From sequence record DRR723986_9343: a DNA stretch of 52,288 nt; one strand, written 5' to 3'. Positions 36,541-46,125 of the stretch are shown here, in pieces; position 1 is the stretch's first letter, and the number at the start of each line of letters is the position of its first letter. A program made the position numbers and the translations under genes. The notes under the pieces are model-generated. The model was not told the origin of the DNA. It was given only the letters and a program-made list of their open reading frames with translations, and did not search any database.

Positions 36541-38349
36541 CTAACGCGTGGCACCAAGATAGAAGCTGAAAATCTGGCGGTCGTCCGTGTCGGCCATCAG
36601 AACGGGATAAGCGAAGTCGAGTGCCAGTGGGGCTGGTCCAAGTGCCGGGACGCTCAATCGCAGCCCGGCTCCAAGGGAAAGCCGAATGTCATCGCTCGTG
36701 ATCGTAATGTCCCGTTCGACCGTTCCCGCGTCAGCAAACAACACGCCTCGGTAAGAGTCGTCGGGCGTAATCGAAAAACCATACTCAAGGCCACCCAAAA
36801 GCATGAATTCGCCGCCAACCTCAACATCCATGTCTCGAGGACTTGCACCTCGGAAGTCGAAGCCACGTAGTGAACTCAGGCCGCCTGCATAGAAGTTCTC
36901 AAAGATCGGTGTCTGCGAACCAGTCACACCCAGACGCACAAACGATGAAAGTGTTTGCAATCTTGCGCTGGGATCCGCCCGGTCGCTTCCAACGATTCGG
37001 TGGTTGCTCCAATTGATCTGGCCACGTGAAAAATCATACTCACCAAATACCTGATCAAAGACCAACTCCAGCAAACTGCCTTGTCGAGCCAAGAAGGGCG
37101 AGTCACGTGTGTCATGCGCTAACTTGAATCGGGCACGGTACACGTCGTTGCTTCCGAGAGCTGCATCCAGGTCCGCTACACCAGCCTGACTCGGGCGAAA
37201 GATGATAACATCTTCCATGCGAAGTTCAGAACTGAAAGACAAGTTTCGAGTAATCTCGGTTCCAAGCTGAATGCGACCTCCGCCACGTTGTTCGTCCCAA
37301 TTGCGGAGTTCACGCGTATAATAAAACCCGCCAAGGGAAAGGCTATACGGCAGGTTGCCGAATAGGTTTGGTTGGGTCCAATTCACGCTGTAACGCTGGA
37401 CTTCGTTCCCCGGTGTCAACTCAATGCGTAGAAGCTGCCCGCCGCCCAAGAAAAGGTTGGGTCCTGGGGTCCACTCCCGCCAATCAAAGTTGCGTTCTTC
37501 CAGAACGATTTGTCCGGCCACGCCAAGTTCGCTGTTGACCGTTCCGCCGAGCATGATTCGACCAGAACGTCGCTCTTGGAGATAGACATCAATTGGTGCA
37601 ATGCGTTCTCCGGGAGCCAACGGTTGTGGAACCGCACCTGGTGCCGCCGAGAATGCATTTGGATTCCCAGGTCCCGCCAGTGCGCCGGGAGCCAACAAAT
37701 TGTTAAAGTCACTTGGGCTCGTCTGGAATCCTGGTTGGAAACCTGGTTGGGGTTGAGCAAGTGGAGGTCCGAAGGCTTGCGGCGCGTTGTTGGGCACGAA
37801 TGTCTGATTGGGGAACTGCTGACCGGAAAACCGTTGGCCTGCAAACGGTTGAGGCTGTCCTGGGACAAATCCACCGACTTGCGGCTGATTCACCTGTGGC
37901 GGAACGCCATTGAAACCACCTTGACCGCCAAAGCTACCCGGCGGAACTCCACCGAACGGCTGCGCAGCCGCTCCCGGTGGTGAGAAAGGTGGCGCGGATT
38001 GAACCGGAGGAAAGCTCTGCACGCTTGGCGGTTGATAGCCGGCTGGTCGAACCCAGCCAATCGGCACGCCACCTCTGGAGGTTCCGCTTGCTGGCAGATT
38101 CGTGCCGGTATTCCGATTCGCACTTTGGCTACCGCCGAATGCTGGATAGTTCTGGGAAGGATTTTGATTCGCACCCGGCTCGGAAGCTCGCATCGGCGTG
38201 CGATATAAGTCGCTGGTCCCGGCGGTTTGATTGTTCCATTGACTTGGCTGCCCCGATCCCTGCTGCGCGCAGCACGCACCTGCACTGAATGCGAATGCAA
38301 ACAGTACAAACAAAGCAGTGCCTAGCAAACTAGCCCGTGATCTAGCCAA
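36541..38349 (-). CDS. Omp85 (BamA/TamA) family outer-membrane protein with low-complexity N-terminus
   Basis: Barrel motifs ERNFDW, GGGQLLRIELTPG, HDTRDSPF, FYAGGLSSLRGFDFRGASP, VGGEFMLLGGLEY, FADAGTV, PAPLALDFAYP, QIFSFYLG; signal peptide present. Confidence 0.87.
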   Translation of the reverse strand: MARSRASLLGTALFVLFAFAFSAGACCAQQGSGQPSQWNNQTAGTSDLYRTPMRASEPGANQNPSQNYPAFGGSQSANRNTGTNLPASGTSRGGVPIGWVRPAGYQPPSVQSFPPVQSAPPFSPPGAAAQPFGGVPPGSFGGQGGFNGVPPQVNQPQVGGFVPGQPQPFAGQRFSGQQFPNQTFVPNNAPQAFGPPLAQPQPGFQPGFQTSPSDFNNLLAPGALAGPGNPNAFSAAPGAVPQPLAPGERIAPIDVYLQERRSGRIMLGGTVNSELGVAGQIVLEERNFDWREWTPGPNLFLGGGQLLRIELTPGNEVQRYSVNWTQPNLFGNLPYSLSLGGFYYTRELRNWDEQRGGGRIQLGTEITRNLSFSSELRMEDVIIFRPSQAGVADLDAALGSNDVYRARFKLAHDTRDSPFLARQGSLLELVFDQVFGEYDFSRGQINWSNHRIVGSDRADPSARLQTLSSFVRLGVTGSQTPIFENFYAGGLSSLRGFDFRGASPRDMDVEVGGEFMLLGGLEYGFSITPDDSYRGVLFADAGTVERDITITSDDIRLSLGAGLRLSVPALGPAPLALDFAYPVLMADTDDRQIFSFYLGATR

Positions 38350-38581
38350 TCATCCGTCCGCAAAACGACTCGGGACCGAAACTTGAGAGAAAGTCGCAAG
38401 CAAGTAAGATTTTTCGCGACGAAGTCGTTTCTAGTAAATCAGCAGGCGGCACAGAAGGCTAAAACCGATAGCCGAAATGCTAGCGAATTGCATCTCGATG
38501 CCGAACCAGGGCGACAGAAGCCAAGAAATCCGGCAGAGAAAATCTGGCAAACGAACTACCTGGCAAAGCTGATAGACGGGG

Positions 38582-40507
38582 CTACGCGTCTTCTAGCTCG
38601 ACGCGGCCCGACTGCTCTTCTTCATCGTCGTCACTGGACGGTGGCTCAAATTCGAAACTCAGGTGTTCCGCAATCGAATCAGCCAGCGCGCCAATCTGCT
38701 GGCAGGTGAAGAAGGCGAGCACTGGCAGAAAGAATCCTCCAATGGCTGCTCCCACCGGGCCCGCACTCAACGTTAGGAACCACAGAAGCGTGGTCGAACC
38801 AAAAGCGATCAGCGTCTTCAAGTAGTAGCCGCCCCATGCCTCCGCAGCGTCGCTCATCGATCGAAAAACGGCTGAGGAGATGGGTTGGATAATGCTGCCA
38901 TTGTCCATCATGGAAAGTAGAAAGATTGGAAACAGTGCGAACGTGGTCGCCATGATGGCAGTGATCTGCACCGTCCCGCCAAGGGCCAACGTACGGCCCA
39001 TGAAGCTGCCGACAAAGAAGCCGGGCAGGATGGCGGCCGCCAAAGCGGCGACAATCAACACTACATCGCCCACATTATCGAACAAATTGAAGCCGGGCCA
39101 CTCACTTACCTTCGACTGACGATTTGCAACCGATTCAATCAGAGCGAGGCAACCGCTCAGCATCGGGAGTGCGAAAAGAAGGCCGACGACTGGTCCCACG
39201 ATCCCTACTAGCAGCACAAGCCCCTTGCCGAATGCACTGTCGGCTGAGGCCACCGCAACGGCTGCCACTGCGAAGATCGTTCCATAGACCAACCCATAAC
39301 CAATAATTTGAGCTACGCAAATTGGATCTCGAAAGCAACCAAACGTTCGGTGCAGGAAAGTGGTTGTATCGAATTCATCCGCGTAAAGCGCGTCGATATC
39401 ATCGTCCGAAATCTGTTGTTCGGCTTTCTCTAGCAAGTTGGCGGCTTGAGTCCGCTGACGTTGCTCTTGGGAGATAATACTCTCGTCGGCAGCGGCCAGG
39501 TTCACATCTGGTTCGCTGGAATAGGCAGGGGGGGGGTTCTTTTTCTTCTTCTTGGCCAATTGGGCCGGAGTCGGCGCTGGAACCTTGAAAACATCGTAGC
39601 AGTCGGGGCACTTGAGCGGAGTGCCCTGTTGGCTGAGACGCACATACTGAGCGGTGCCACAGGTTGAACAAGTGATGCGGTACTCGGGATTGGTGTCTTC
39701 TGGTTCGTCTTCGGCTACTAAGTTCAGCGCGTCGTCGCCGGATGAACCAAGCGATTCATCTAAGTCGCCTAGGTGTGCGGCCAGAACGTCTTCGACGTTA
39801 GATTTCGGTGGAGGTGCATCGGTTGGTTCGAGAGATTCAAGTTGCAGGTCGTCGTCAAAAATGCTCGGCAGCGGCTTGTCTTCCCCGGAATCTGCAGAAG
39901 CTGCTGGGCTCGTTTGCGCATCCATTGCACCGGCTTGCGTCGTGGATGGCTGCTTGTCAGCAAGGAAATCGTCAGGATCGCTGTCGAAAGGAATCGGAGC
40001 ATCCTCGTCCATCGACAGATTGTTCGAAGCCGACACGGATGCCGCTGGCGTACTCGCCGCTGGTGTACTCGCCCCTCCATTCTTGGGAGTGGCCGCGGTG
40101 GTGCCGGGTGGAGGAGGAGTTGCTTTCGATGCAGTGATTTGCTTCGGAGAGGATGAGCCGTCTTCTACGGGCGACTGACCGACGCGTTTTTTTCGCGTGC
40201 TGACTTCCTTCTTCCGTTTGAGCTCTTTCTGGTCACGAATCGACTTCGCTTCGTCGGTGCGTCGATCTAAATCACCAATAGCGGGAGCTCCCAAAGCCCC
40301 ATCTAGCGAAAGCCAGTCATCGTCCGCCTTCGGTGCAGCCGCCTTGACTCCAGGCACTCTCACGACAGATTTGCAGCCCGGACACTTGACTTTCTTTCCG
40401 GCGATTTCAGCGCCCGCTTTCAGACGCTTGTTGCATTGCGGACACTGGAATTCAAGCCGATTTTCCTTGGATTCGGGCACGTCAGCTAATACTCCAGAGT
40501 CCGACAA
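38582..40507 (-). CDS. Double zinc-ribbon membrane protein
   Basis: CPQC...CPGC and CSTC...CPDC pairs separated by an acidic/Pro-rich linker; C-terminal region with about 6 TM helices. Confidence 0.78.
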   Translation of the reverse strand: MSDSGVLADVPESKENRLEFQCPQCNKRLKAGAEIAGKKVKCPGCKSVVRVPGVKAAAPKADDDWLSLDGALGAPAIGDLDRRTDEAKSIRDQKELKRKKEVSTRKKRVGQSPVEDGSSSPKQITASKATPPPPGTTAATPKNGGASTPAASTPAASVSASNNLSMDEDAPIPFDSDPDDFLADKQPSTTQAGAMDAQTSPAASADSGEDKPLPSIFDDDLQLESLEPTDAPPPKSNVEDVLAAHLGDLDESLGSSGDDALNLVAEDEPEDTNPEYRITCSTCGTAQYVRLSQQGTPLKCPDCYDVFKVPAPTPAQLAKKKKKNPPPAYSSEPDVNLAAADESIISQEQRQRTQAANLLEKAEQQISDDDIDALYADEFDTTTFLHRTFGCFRDPICVAQIIGYGLVYGTIFAVAAVAVASADSAFGKGLVLLVGIVGPVVGLLFALPMLSGCLALIESVANRQSKVSEWPGFNLFDNVGDVVLIVAALAAAILPGFFVGSFMGRTLALGGTVQITAIMATTFALFPIFLLSMMDNGSIIQPISSAVFRSMSDAAEAWGGYYLKTLIAFGSTTLLWFLTLSAGPVGAAIGGFFLPVLAFFTCQQIGALADSIAEHLSFEFEPPSSDDDEEEQSGRVELEDA

Positions 40508-40763
40508 CTGGGCTGTGATCGGACAGTTGAAAAGTCAGGGGCAGAAAAGCGAATTGGTCACTCCAAGTTACACACTAGGACTTGGATTTGCCAGTATCCA
40601 CTGCTACGAAGGCCAGCGGATGTGGCCGACTTTTTGGGCGTAAAAGCTCCTGGTACCAAGTGGACGGTGCGGCCGAGCTGTTTTATTTACCAAAGAGCCG
40701 CAGGACGGCAAAAAAGCTTCCGTGGACGAGCCGCCGTGGTCGCAGCGCCCGACATCCGCACAC

Positions 40764-40800
40764 AAAAAAAGAACCGCAGAGGCCAAGACCTCTGCGGTTC
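40764..40800 (-). terminator. Rho-independent terminator of the DUF1571 gene
   Basis: Perfect 12-bp stem GAACCGCAGAGG-ccaaga-CCTCTGCGGTTC (40771-40800) followed on the minus strand by a T7 run. Confidence 0.85.
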
Positions 40801-40852
40801 AAAATTTTGTTCACGCCGGAATACGCTTCGAATGATTAGATTCTACGCACCG

Positions 40853-41737
40853 CTAAAAATTGTAGCGGGGATTGTTGCGGTCGAAATCTTTGTCCGTCAG
40901 GCCAACGTTGAGCTTGATGTTTTGATACGTGTACTCTTCCATAATCTGTCCCTTGGTGCTGCCAGGGGAAGTCGGCCAGTCGTAAGCACAGTAGCGAACG
41001 GGAATCTGGTACTCGTTGTCGATGAAGATTTCGGCTTGGTAGAAATCGAAGTACGACCGACGAACTGGGTGCTCTACTTTCAAAACGGTGCACTCACGAC
41101 GGCCAACTTTGGCACCTTGCAAGAATTCAACCTTGCACTCACCACGCTGCCTGTCTCGCTCACCCTTTTCGATCAGCTTGGCAACCAGATTTTCAATACC
41201 CACTTCAGTGATTGGGTAACGCTGGCCCCGCATCGCCATCATACCGTTCGGATCCAGATCAACGGTCGGCAGGAACTTTCCTCTCACACCGCCCTCGTGA
41301 GCGACCAACTTGCCGTTGTTCTGATTCTCGACATAGATTACTTCACGTCCCTTGACCGAGGCGGGCTTCAGGAACGTCATGTAGACGCTGAATGGAGTTT
41401 GGACGCGTCCGTTGACCGTTTTTCGGTTTCGGACCTTCACGCCCATATACTCGTATTCGCCGAGCGTTCCGCCTACAAGCTCTCGCTTGATCAGAATGGC
41501 CGTGTAGTCCTTAATGTTCGCTTGAACGTTCTTCAGACTGGCGTACGCGATTCGTAGTGCCGGATCAAGTGGGTGTTCTTGCTCGACACGAGGCGCACCG
41601 GAGGTACTCTTAGAAATACGTGCTACTGGTTCTGTCGTTCCTTGCGGTGGCTCTTGAGCCACTGCGGGCAAGGCCAGTGCAGCCGAACCGAAGGCGGCCG
41701 ATACGCTAAAGAATTTTCGACGGTCAAATGGCTTCAT
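40853..41737 (-). CDS. DUF1571 domain protein with Tat signal peptide
   Basis: DRRKFF twin-arginine leader ending AVA; IKDYTAILIKRELVGG, PFSVYMTFLKP...GREVIYVENQNNGKLVAHEGG, RYPITEVGIENL, EEYTYQNIKLNVGLTDKDFDRNNPRYNF. Confidence 0.85.
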   Translation of the reverse strand: MKPFDRRKFFSVSAAFGSAALALPAVAQEPPQGTTEPVARISKSTSGAPRVEQEHPLDPALRIAYASLKNVQANIKDYTAILIKRELVGGTLGEYEYMGVKVRNRKTVNGRVQTPFSVYMTFLKPASVKGREVIYVENQNNGKLVAHEGGVRGKFLPTVDLDPNGMMAMRGQRYPITEVGIENLVAKLIEKGERDRQRGECKVEFLQGAKVGRRECTVLKVEHPVRRSYFDFYQAEIFIDNEYQIPVRYCAYDWPTSPGSTKGQIMEEYTYQNIKLNVGLTDKDFDRNNPRYNF

Positions 41738-42225
41738 CGAATCGCCCTTCCTTGGGAACTGTATTCTGTATGGCCCGCTGCAGTCAGGAGTATCAAACGC
41801 TTACATGCTGCCGAGCGGGAGCTAATTTATCAAAGTGCTTATCGAACCAGAATGCTTGGCAGCGCCAGCGATCCTGTGAGGGGCCGATTCATGATCAAAG
41901 TTGTCATATCTGGAATTGCTATCAAAGCTTGTTGTGGTCGCACCTGCCAGAGTAGCAAGCTTTTCGGTGCCGCCGCCATCCCAGTTGCTCATTTGCGGAG
42001 TTCCGCTGAACCGATGATTTCGACGAGCTTCGCGACCGACCATTTCCAATCGATTGCACTACGCATCTGAGACTTTGATTCGACATCGCACAGTCCGATT
42101 CCAGTGACCATAAACGTCAGCAAGTGGGATTTCGAAATTCAGTTACGCAGCCGTACTTTTATTCCGCACAAATCTCCTAGTTTGACACCTGCTTTCGGTC
42201 GAAGTTTGCAGGCATTCTGCAGGGT

Positions 42226-44505
42226 TTAGCCTGACGTCAGGTCGAATTTTTGTTTGAACAGCAGGAATTTGCGCCACAGCGCGGTAGCCGCGGAATGGTG
42301 CGACGCGGCAAAGGTAACGAAGCAGCGCTGGCCAGACTTGAGCATTTGGCTGCGTCGGTGGTCCAGGCTAATGTAGGCTTTCACGCAGGGCGATTCCAGT
42401 TCCGGATCGGCATCCGGACGTTGTACAACTGGAAGTGGACCACCCAGCATGGCAGACAAAGATTCATCTGGAATTTCGAGGCTGGCGCGTGATTCAAGAC
42501 GATCGATCGCATCATCCCAACGAACTTGCCCAGCGACATCCACGACGACCTTCAAAGAGTCTGGGGCGAAAGCCACCGGAGCCAATACTTCTGCGACGGC
42601 GTCTTCTTCCGTCGCAGTTGACGCATCAGAAGAGGCTTCCGACGCAAGCATACTTGCGGCTCGCAATTCTGTAACATGATTCGCTGGCATCGCCAACAAG
42701 ATTCGCTTACGGCTGTCGTCACCGACCACTGCTAACTCAGCACCAGCTTCGAAATAGCGACCTTGCATCTCTGAAAAGTTCCTCGCAACAACATGACCGT
42801 CGACCGGTGAACGAACCTGCAGTGATTGAAGACGCTTCTCAAGATTCGCTAAGTGTTCCGACAACGCTCCCAACTCAGCCTTGGCCGAGGAGCATTCGTT
42901 GGCATCTTTGCTCCACTGGGCTGCTAGCAGTCGCTGTTTTGCTTTCGCATGGTCGACCCGAGTTTTCGCGATTTCAAGGTGTAATTCTCTGTCTTGCATT
43001 TCCAGCAGCAAGTCTCCCGCTTGGACCCGACTACCGCTGCTCACAAAGACTCGACGTACAAAACCGTCCTCAGGAGCTCGAATGACCGCCGGTGGATCAA
43101 ACTGCACAACGCCCGCAATCGAGCCGCCGAGCTGGGGATCTATCAAACCGGCTGGCAGTAAAAACAGACTGGCGAAAGGTAGCAAGAACACCATTGATAG
43201 CCGCAAGAGTAACTTCCCAGGCTTCGGCGCTTCGGCAGATGACCTAACGTCGTCAATCAATCGTTGCAGTGGTCGAACTGCGAATAGATAGGCACCAACG
43301 GCAGCCACGATCCAGCCGAGTGGACCGAAGAGTACAACAGAAGCGGTTAGGATTCCGACCTGGAGCGCGGATCGACAGAAGGATGCACCGACCGCATAGA
43401 CGGGAATCCACTTTCGGTGTTGCCTAGGCATCTCGGGTGGTCTGGACGCGATTCCAAGAATATGTCGCTTTGCCCAATAAGCTAGATACTCGCGAGAACG
43501 ATCGTACAAATTGTCGACGCCAGTTAAATCGCTGAACGCGTAGTAGCCGTCGAATTTAAGCAGTGGGTTTAGGTTACACACCAGCGAGCTGACCGCCGCC
43601 ATTGCAACTAAGTCAACCAGTGCAACTCTCAGTGCAGGTGATTCGACCCAACCGAAGCCGATCGCGGCCAGTGAGGCCAAGAGTAACTCGCTGCTGACAC
43701 CTGCTAACGAAACATGCAATCGCTTCCATCGGCGATCGAAACGCCAGCTACTTGTCACGTCCACGTAGGCAAGCGGCATGAGGAATATGAACGCAAGTCC
43801 GGCATCCTTGACCTCTCCACCGTAACGTCGGCAAGCGGCTGCGTGTGACAATTCATGGATTGCCTTCAACAGAACCCAAATGCACAGGAGTTGGATGCCG
43901 CGACTGGGAGTTACCAAGAAAAAGTAGTCCTGCTTCAGCGAGCCGAAGCCGCTGGCAGCAAAACACCCGCCAATGAACAACAAGACTAGCTTCAATACTT
44001 CAGCCTGCCAGCTAAAGAGGCAGCCGATCGACGGCATTACCCTGTCGAGCAGTTTTGTGGGGTCGCCAAGGGGAAGTCGCCAGTAGAAAATCGTGCCAAC
44101 AGCGCCAACAAAACCGCCAACCTCGTGCGATTCTTGCTGCTGAGCGGCGGCCGATTCAATGGGGGATTCGATACTGCCGGCCTGCTCCGCATTCTCGCCG
44201 ACTGCCGCGGGCGCAACAATGTTTTGTTCAACTAACCAGCCCAGTAGTTGCTCTGCGGCGGCGAATTGATTCTGTTTCTTGGCGGCGTCTTGTCCTTGCT
44301 CAGCAAGCTCTTGCAGGAACGCTCCTTCCTTGGGGCCCAGCCGAAAATACTCACCCGTAGTGGTTTTCTCGACGTGCAGATTACCGCCGGACTGAGGATG
44401 CAGGCGAACATCGCGGGCAAGGGCTAGGCCGCGTCCTGAAGCAGACCGTTGCGTTCCAGGAGGTTCGGCAGCCAGGATTGGATTTGAAACGTTCTCTTGC
44501 ACCAT
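42226..44505 (-). CDS. PqqD/RRE-like domain, site-2 (M50) protease and HlyD/biotinyl-lipoyl membrane-fusion domain fusion
   Basis: N-terminal LHVEKTTTGEYFRLGPKEGAFLQEL; HELSH at 43843-43857; YVDVTSSW; NLNPLLKFDGYY; IRAPEDGFVRRVFVSSGSRVQAGDLL...VRSPVDGHVV. ATG 44505 overlaps the upstream stop (TAATG). Confidence 0.87.
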   Translation of the reverse strand: MVQENVSNPILAAEPPGTQRSASGRGLALARDVRLHPQSGGNLHVEKTTTGEYFRLGPKEGAFLQELAEQGQDAAKKQNQFAAAEQLLGWLVEQNIVAPAAVGENAEQAGSIESPIESAAAQQQESHEVGGFVGAVGTIFYWRLPLGDPTKLLDRVMPSIGCLFSWQAEVLKLVLLFIGGCFAASGFGSLKQDYFFLVTPSRGIQLLCIWVLLKAIHELSHAAACRRYGGEVKDAGLAFIFLMPLAYVDVTSSWRFDRRWKRLHVSLAGVSSELLLASLAAIGFGWVESPALRVALVDLVAMAAVSSLVCNLNPLLKFDGYYAFSDLTGVDNLYDRSREYLAYWAKRHILGIASRPPEMPRQHRKWIPVYAVGASFCRSALQVGILTASVVLFGPLGWIVAAVGAYLFAVRPLQRLIDDVRSSAEAPKPGKLLLRLSMVFLLPFASLFLLPAGLIDPQLGGSIAGVVQFDPPAVIRAPEDGFVRRVFVSSGSRVQAGDLLLEMQDRELHLEIAKTRVDHAKAKQRLLAAQWSKDANECSSAKAELGALSEHLANLEKRLQSLQVRSPVDGHVVARNFSEMQGRYFEAGAELAVVGDDSRKRILLAMPANHVTELRAASMLASEASSDASTATEEDAVAEVLAPVAFAPDSLKVVVDVAGQVRWDDAIDRLESRASLEIPDESLSAMLGGPLPVVQRPDADPELESPCVKAYISLDHRRSQMLKSGQRCFVTFAASHHSAATALWRKFLLFKQKFDLTSG

Positions 44506-45923
44506 TACCACCCAAACAGTCGGCGAAACATCAAGTATGGTTTTCGCAGCAGAATTGTTCCAACGGCGCGGTATCCGACGTCGATCTTGGCGTTCCCTCG
44601 CATGCCAGGGCGGATCTTGTGATCGGTGTTCTCAATCTCTACTTCACCGATAAATACACTGCTCTTATCACGAATTTCGCTACGCGGATGCAGGCGAGCG
44701 ATGTTGGCTGAGATGGTTTCGTTCGGCAGCGAGGTGAGATAGATTCTGGTCGGCGCCGAATCGTCTATGTCTGTGATCTCCTCTTCCGGGATGGCCAGTT
44801 CGACGCGTATTCTGTCCAGCGGAGCGATTTCGAAAAGCTCGTTGCCGATCGCCAACGACGCGCCTTGGATTCCGTGTAGATCTCCAGAAACGACAACCCC
44901 GTCAATGGGTGATCGGATTTCAGTTGCATCGATTTGCTGCTGAAGTTGTGTGATGACCTCTTGCAGTCTAGCGACCTCGAAGCGCTGGATTCCTGCCTCG
45001 GCAGCATCCCCTTGCGACAGTGCCGTGTGGTGCCGCTGTTTTGCCTGCAGCAACTCCGCTTCCGCCCCGGTAAGCTGGCTCTTCAAGTGATCCGAATCCA
45101 GCGTCGCCAGCAGGTCGCCTTTTGCGATGGATTGACCTGGCACGACGTAGGTCTTTGTTAGTCGCGAGTCGAAGGGTACACTGACGATTCTGCGGTTGGC
45201 CGGTTCACAAACGGCGTCACAGTTGAGTTTATACGGCCAAGGACAGGAACCCAGAAGACAACAGGCAATACAACCGATTGCGACTTTCTTAGCAGTAGAC
45301 AGATTGGCCAATTTCCACCAGGTTCGCGTGCTCTTGTTGGAAACAGCCTCGTTCTTACTGACGCTATCAGGCTGGCTTTCCAATTCTGAGATGCGCGCGT
45401 GGGCAACGAGAAGTGCCATGCGATTGGCGGCATTCTCGATGGTCGATTGAGGAAGCGACATGCTGCCGCCTGCGGCTGTCTGTTGTCGAACAAAGCTAAG
45501 CGTGGTGTCTGGTTCGAATGGTAGAACACGCGACACAACGACCAAAGACGGATCGCCGGTTAGAACGCGTGTCATTACGTTCTGCGTGCGAACGGCCACT
45601 TCGCAATTGTCTTCGATGTCCGCTGTCCAAGCGTCCTCGAGGACGTTGCTACGGTAAAGAAGCTTGATCGTCTCAGTGGCGGCATCGAATCGCCAAAGTG
45701 AAACTCCAAGAGCGCCGGCGTGCCTGGCTAAACGTTCCAGTTCACCTGAAAAGTCCAGGTTCTGAGTCACCGTCGTCGACGCGACTCCGCGCGGAGCGTC
45801 TGGTAGGCCGTTTTCTGATTCTTGTGTTGCGTTGATCCGCTCAAAGTAGGCCGATTTGCCATCTCGGTACGGATTGCCGGATGCCGGTGCATTCGTGCGT
45901 GTAATGGCTGATGGCATCGGCAT
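44505..45923 (-). CDS. HlyD-family periplasmic adaptor with N-terminal cytoplasmic GAF-like region
   Basis: One hydrophobic segment (VAIGCIACCLLGSCPWPY), then VSVPFDSRLTKTYVVPGQSIAKGDLLATLD, coiled hairpin, IRSPIDGVVVSGD, LFEIAPLD, IRPGMRGNAKI. The GAF-like call for the N-terminus is tentative. Confidence 0.85.
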   Translation of the reverse strand: MPMPSAITRTNAPASGNPYRDGKSAYFERINATQESENGLPDAPRGVASTTVTQNLDFSGELERLARHAGALGVSLWRFDAATETIKLLYRSNVLEDAWTADIEDNCEVAVRTQNVMTRVLTGDPSLVVVSRVLPFEPDTTLSFVRQQTAAGGSMSLPQSTIENAANRMALLVAHARISELESQPDSVSKNEAVSNKSTRTWWKLANLSTAKKVAIGCIACCLLGSCPWPYKLNCDAVCEPANRRIVSVPFDSRLTKTYVVPGQSIAKGDLLATLDSDHLKSQLTGAEAELLQAKQRHHTALSQGDAAEAGIQRFEVARLQEVITQLQQQIDATEIRSPIDGVVVSGDLHGIQGASLAIGNELFEIAPLDRIRVELAIPEEEITDIDDSAPTRIYLTSLPNETISANIARLHPRSEIRDKSSVFIGEVEIENTDHKIRPGMRGNAKIDVGYRAVGTILLRKPYLMFRRLFGW

Positions 45924-45974
45924 TTCAGGGTGAAGACAGAAAACTAGAGACGTGTGTCGAAATGGAATTGTGAC

Positions 45975-46056
45975 TTGCCCCGGACTTCATGTCCGGGGCA
46001 ATTGGAAGCCGAAGCGTCAGCGAGGTGGGGGGAGAATCTTTCTTCCTCGCTGACGC
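45975..46056. repeat. Two adjacent GC-rich inverted repeats (REP-like)
   Basis: TTGCCCCGGAC-ttcat-GTCCGGGGCAA (45975-46001) and GCGTCAGCGAGG-N19-CCTCGCTGACGC (46014-46056), both perfect stems. Confidence 0.75.
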
Positions 46057-46125
46057 GTTGAGTCCTTTAGTGAGTGAAAATTTGCCGCGTTAAAATCTAC
46101 CGTGCCAGACAGGCGTTATGCCGGC

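Noticed and set aside
40622-41557. 311-aa plus-strand ORF
   Set aside because: Antisense shadow of the DUF1571 gene; it runs across that gene's terminator and has no recognisable motifs.
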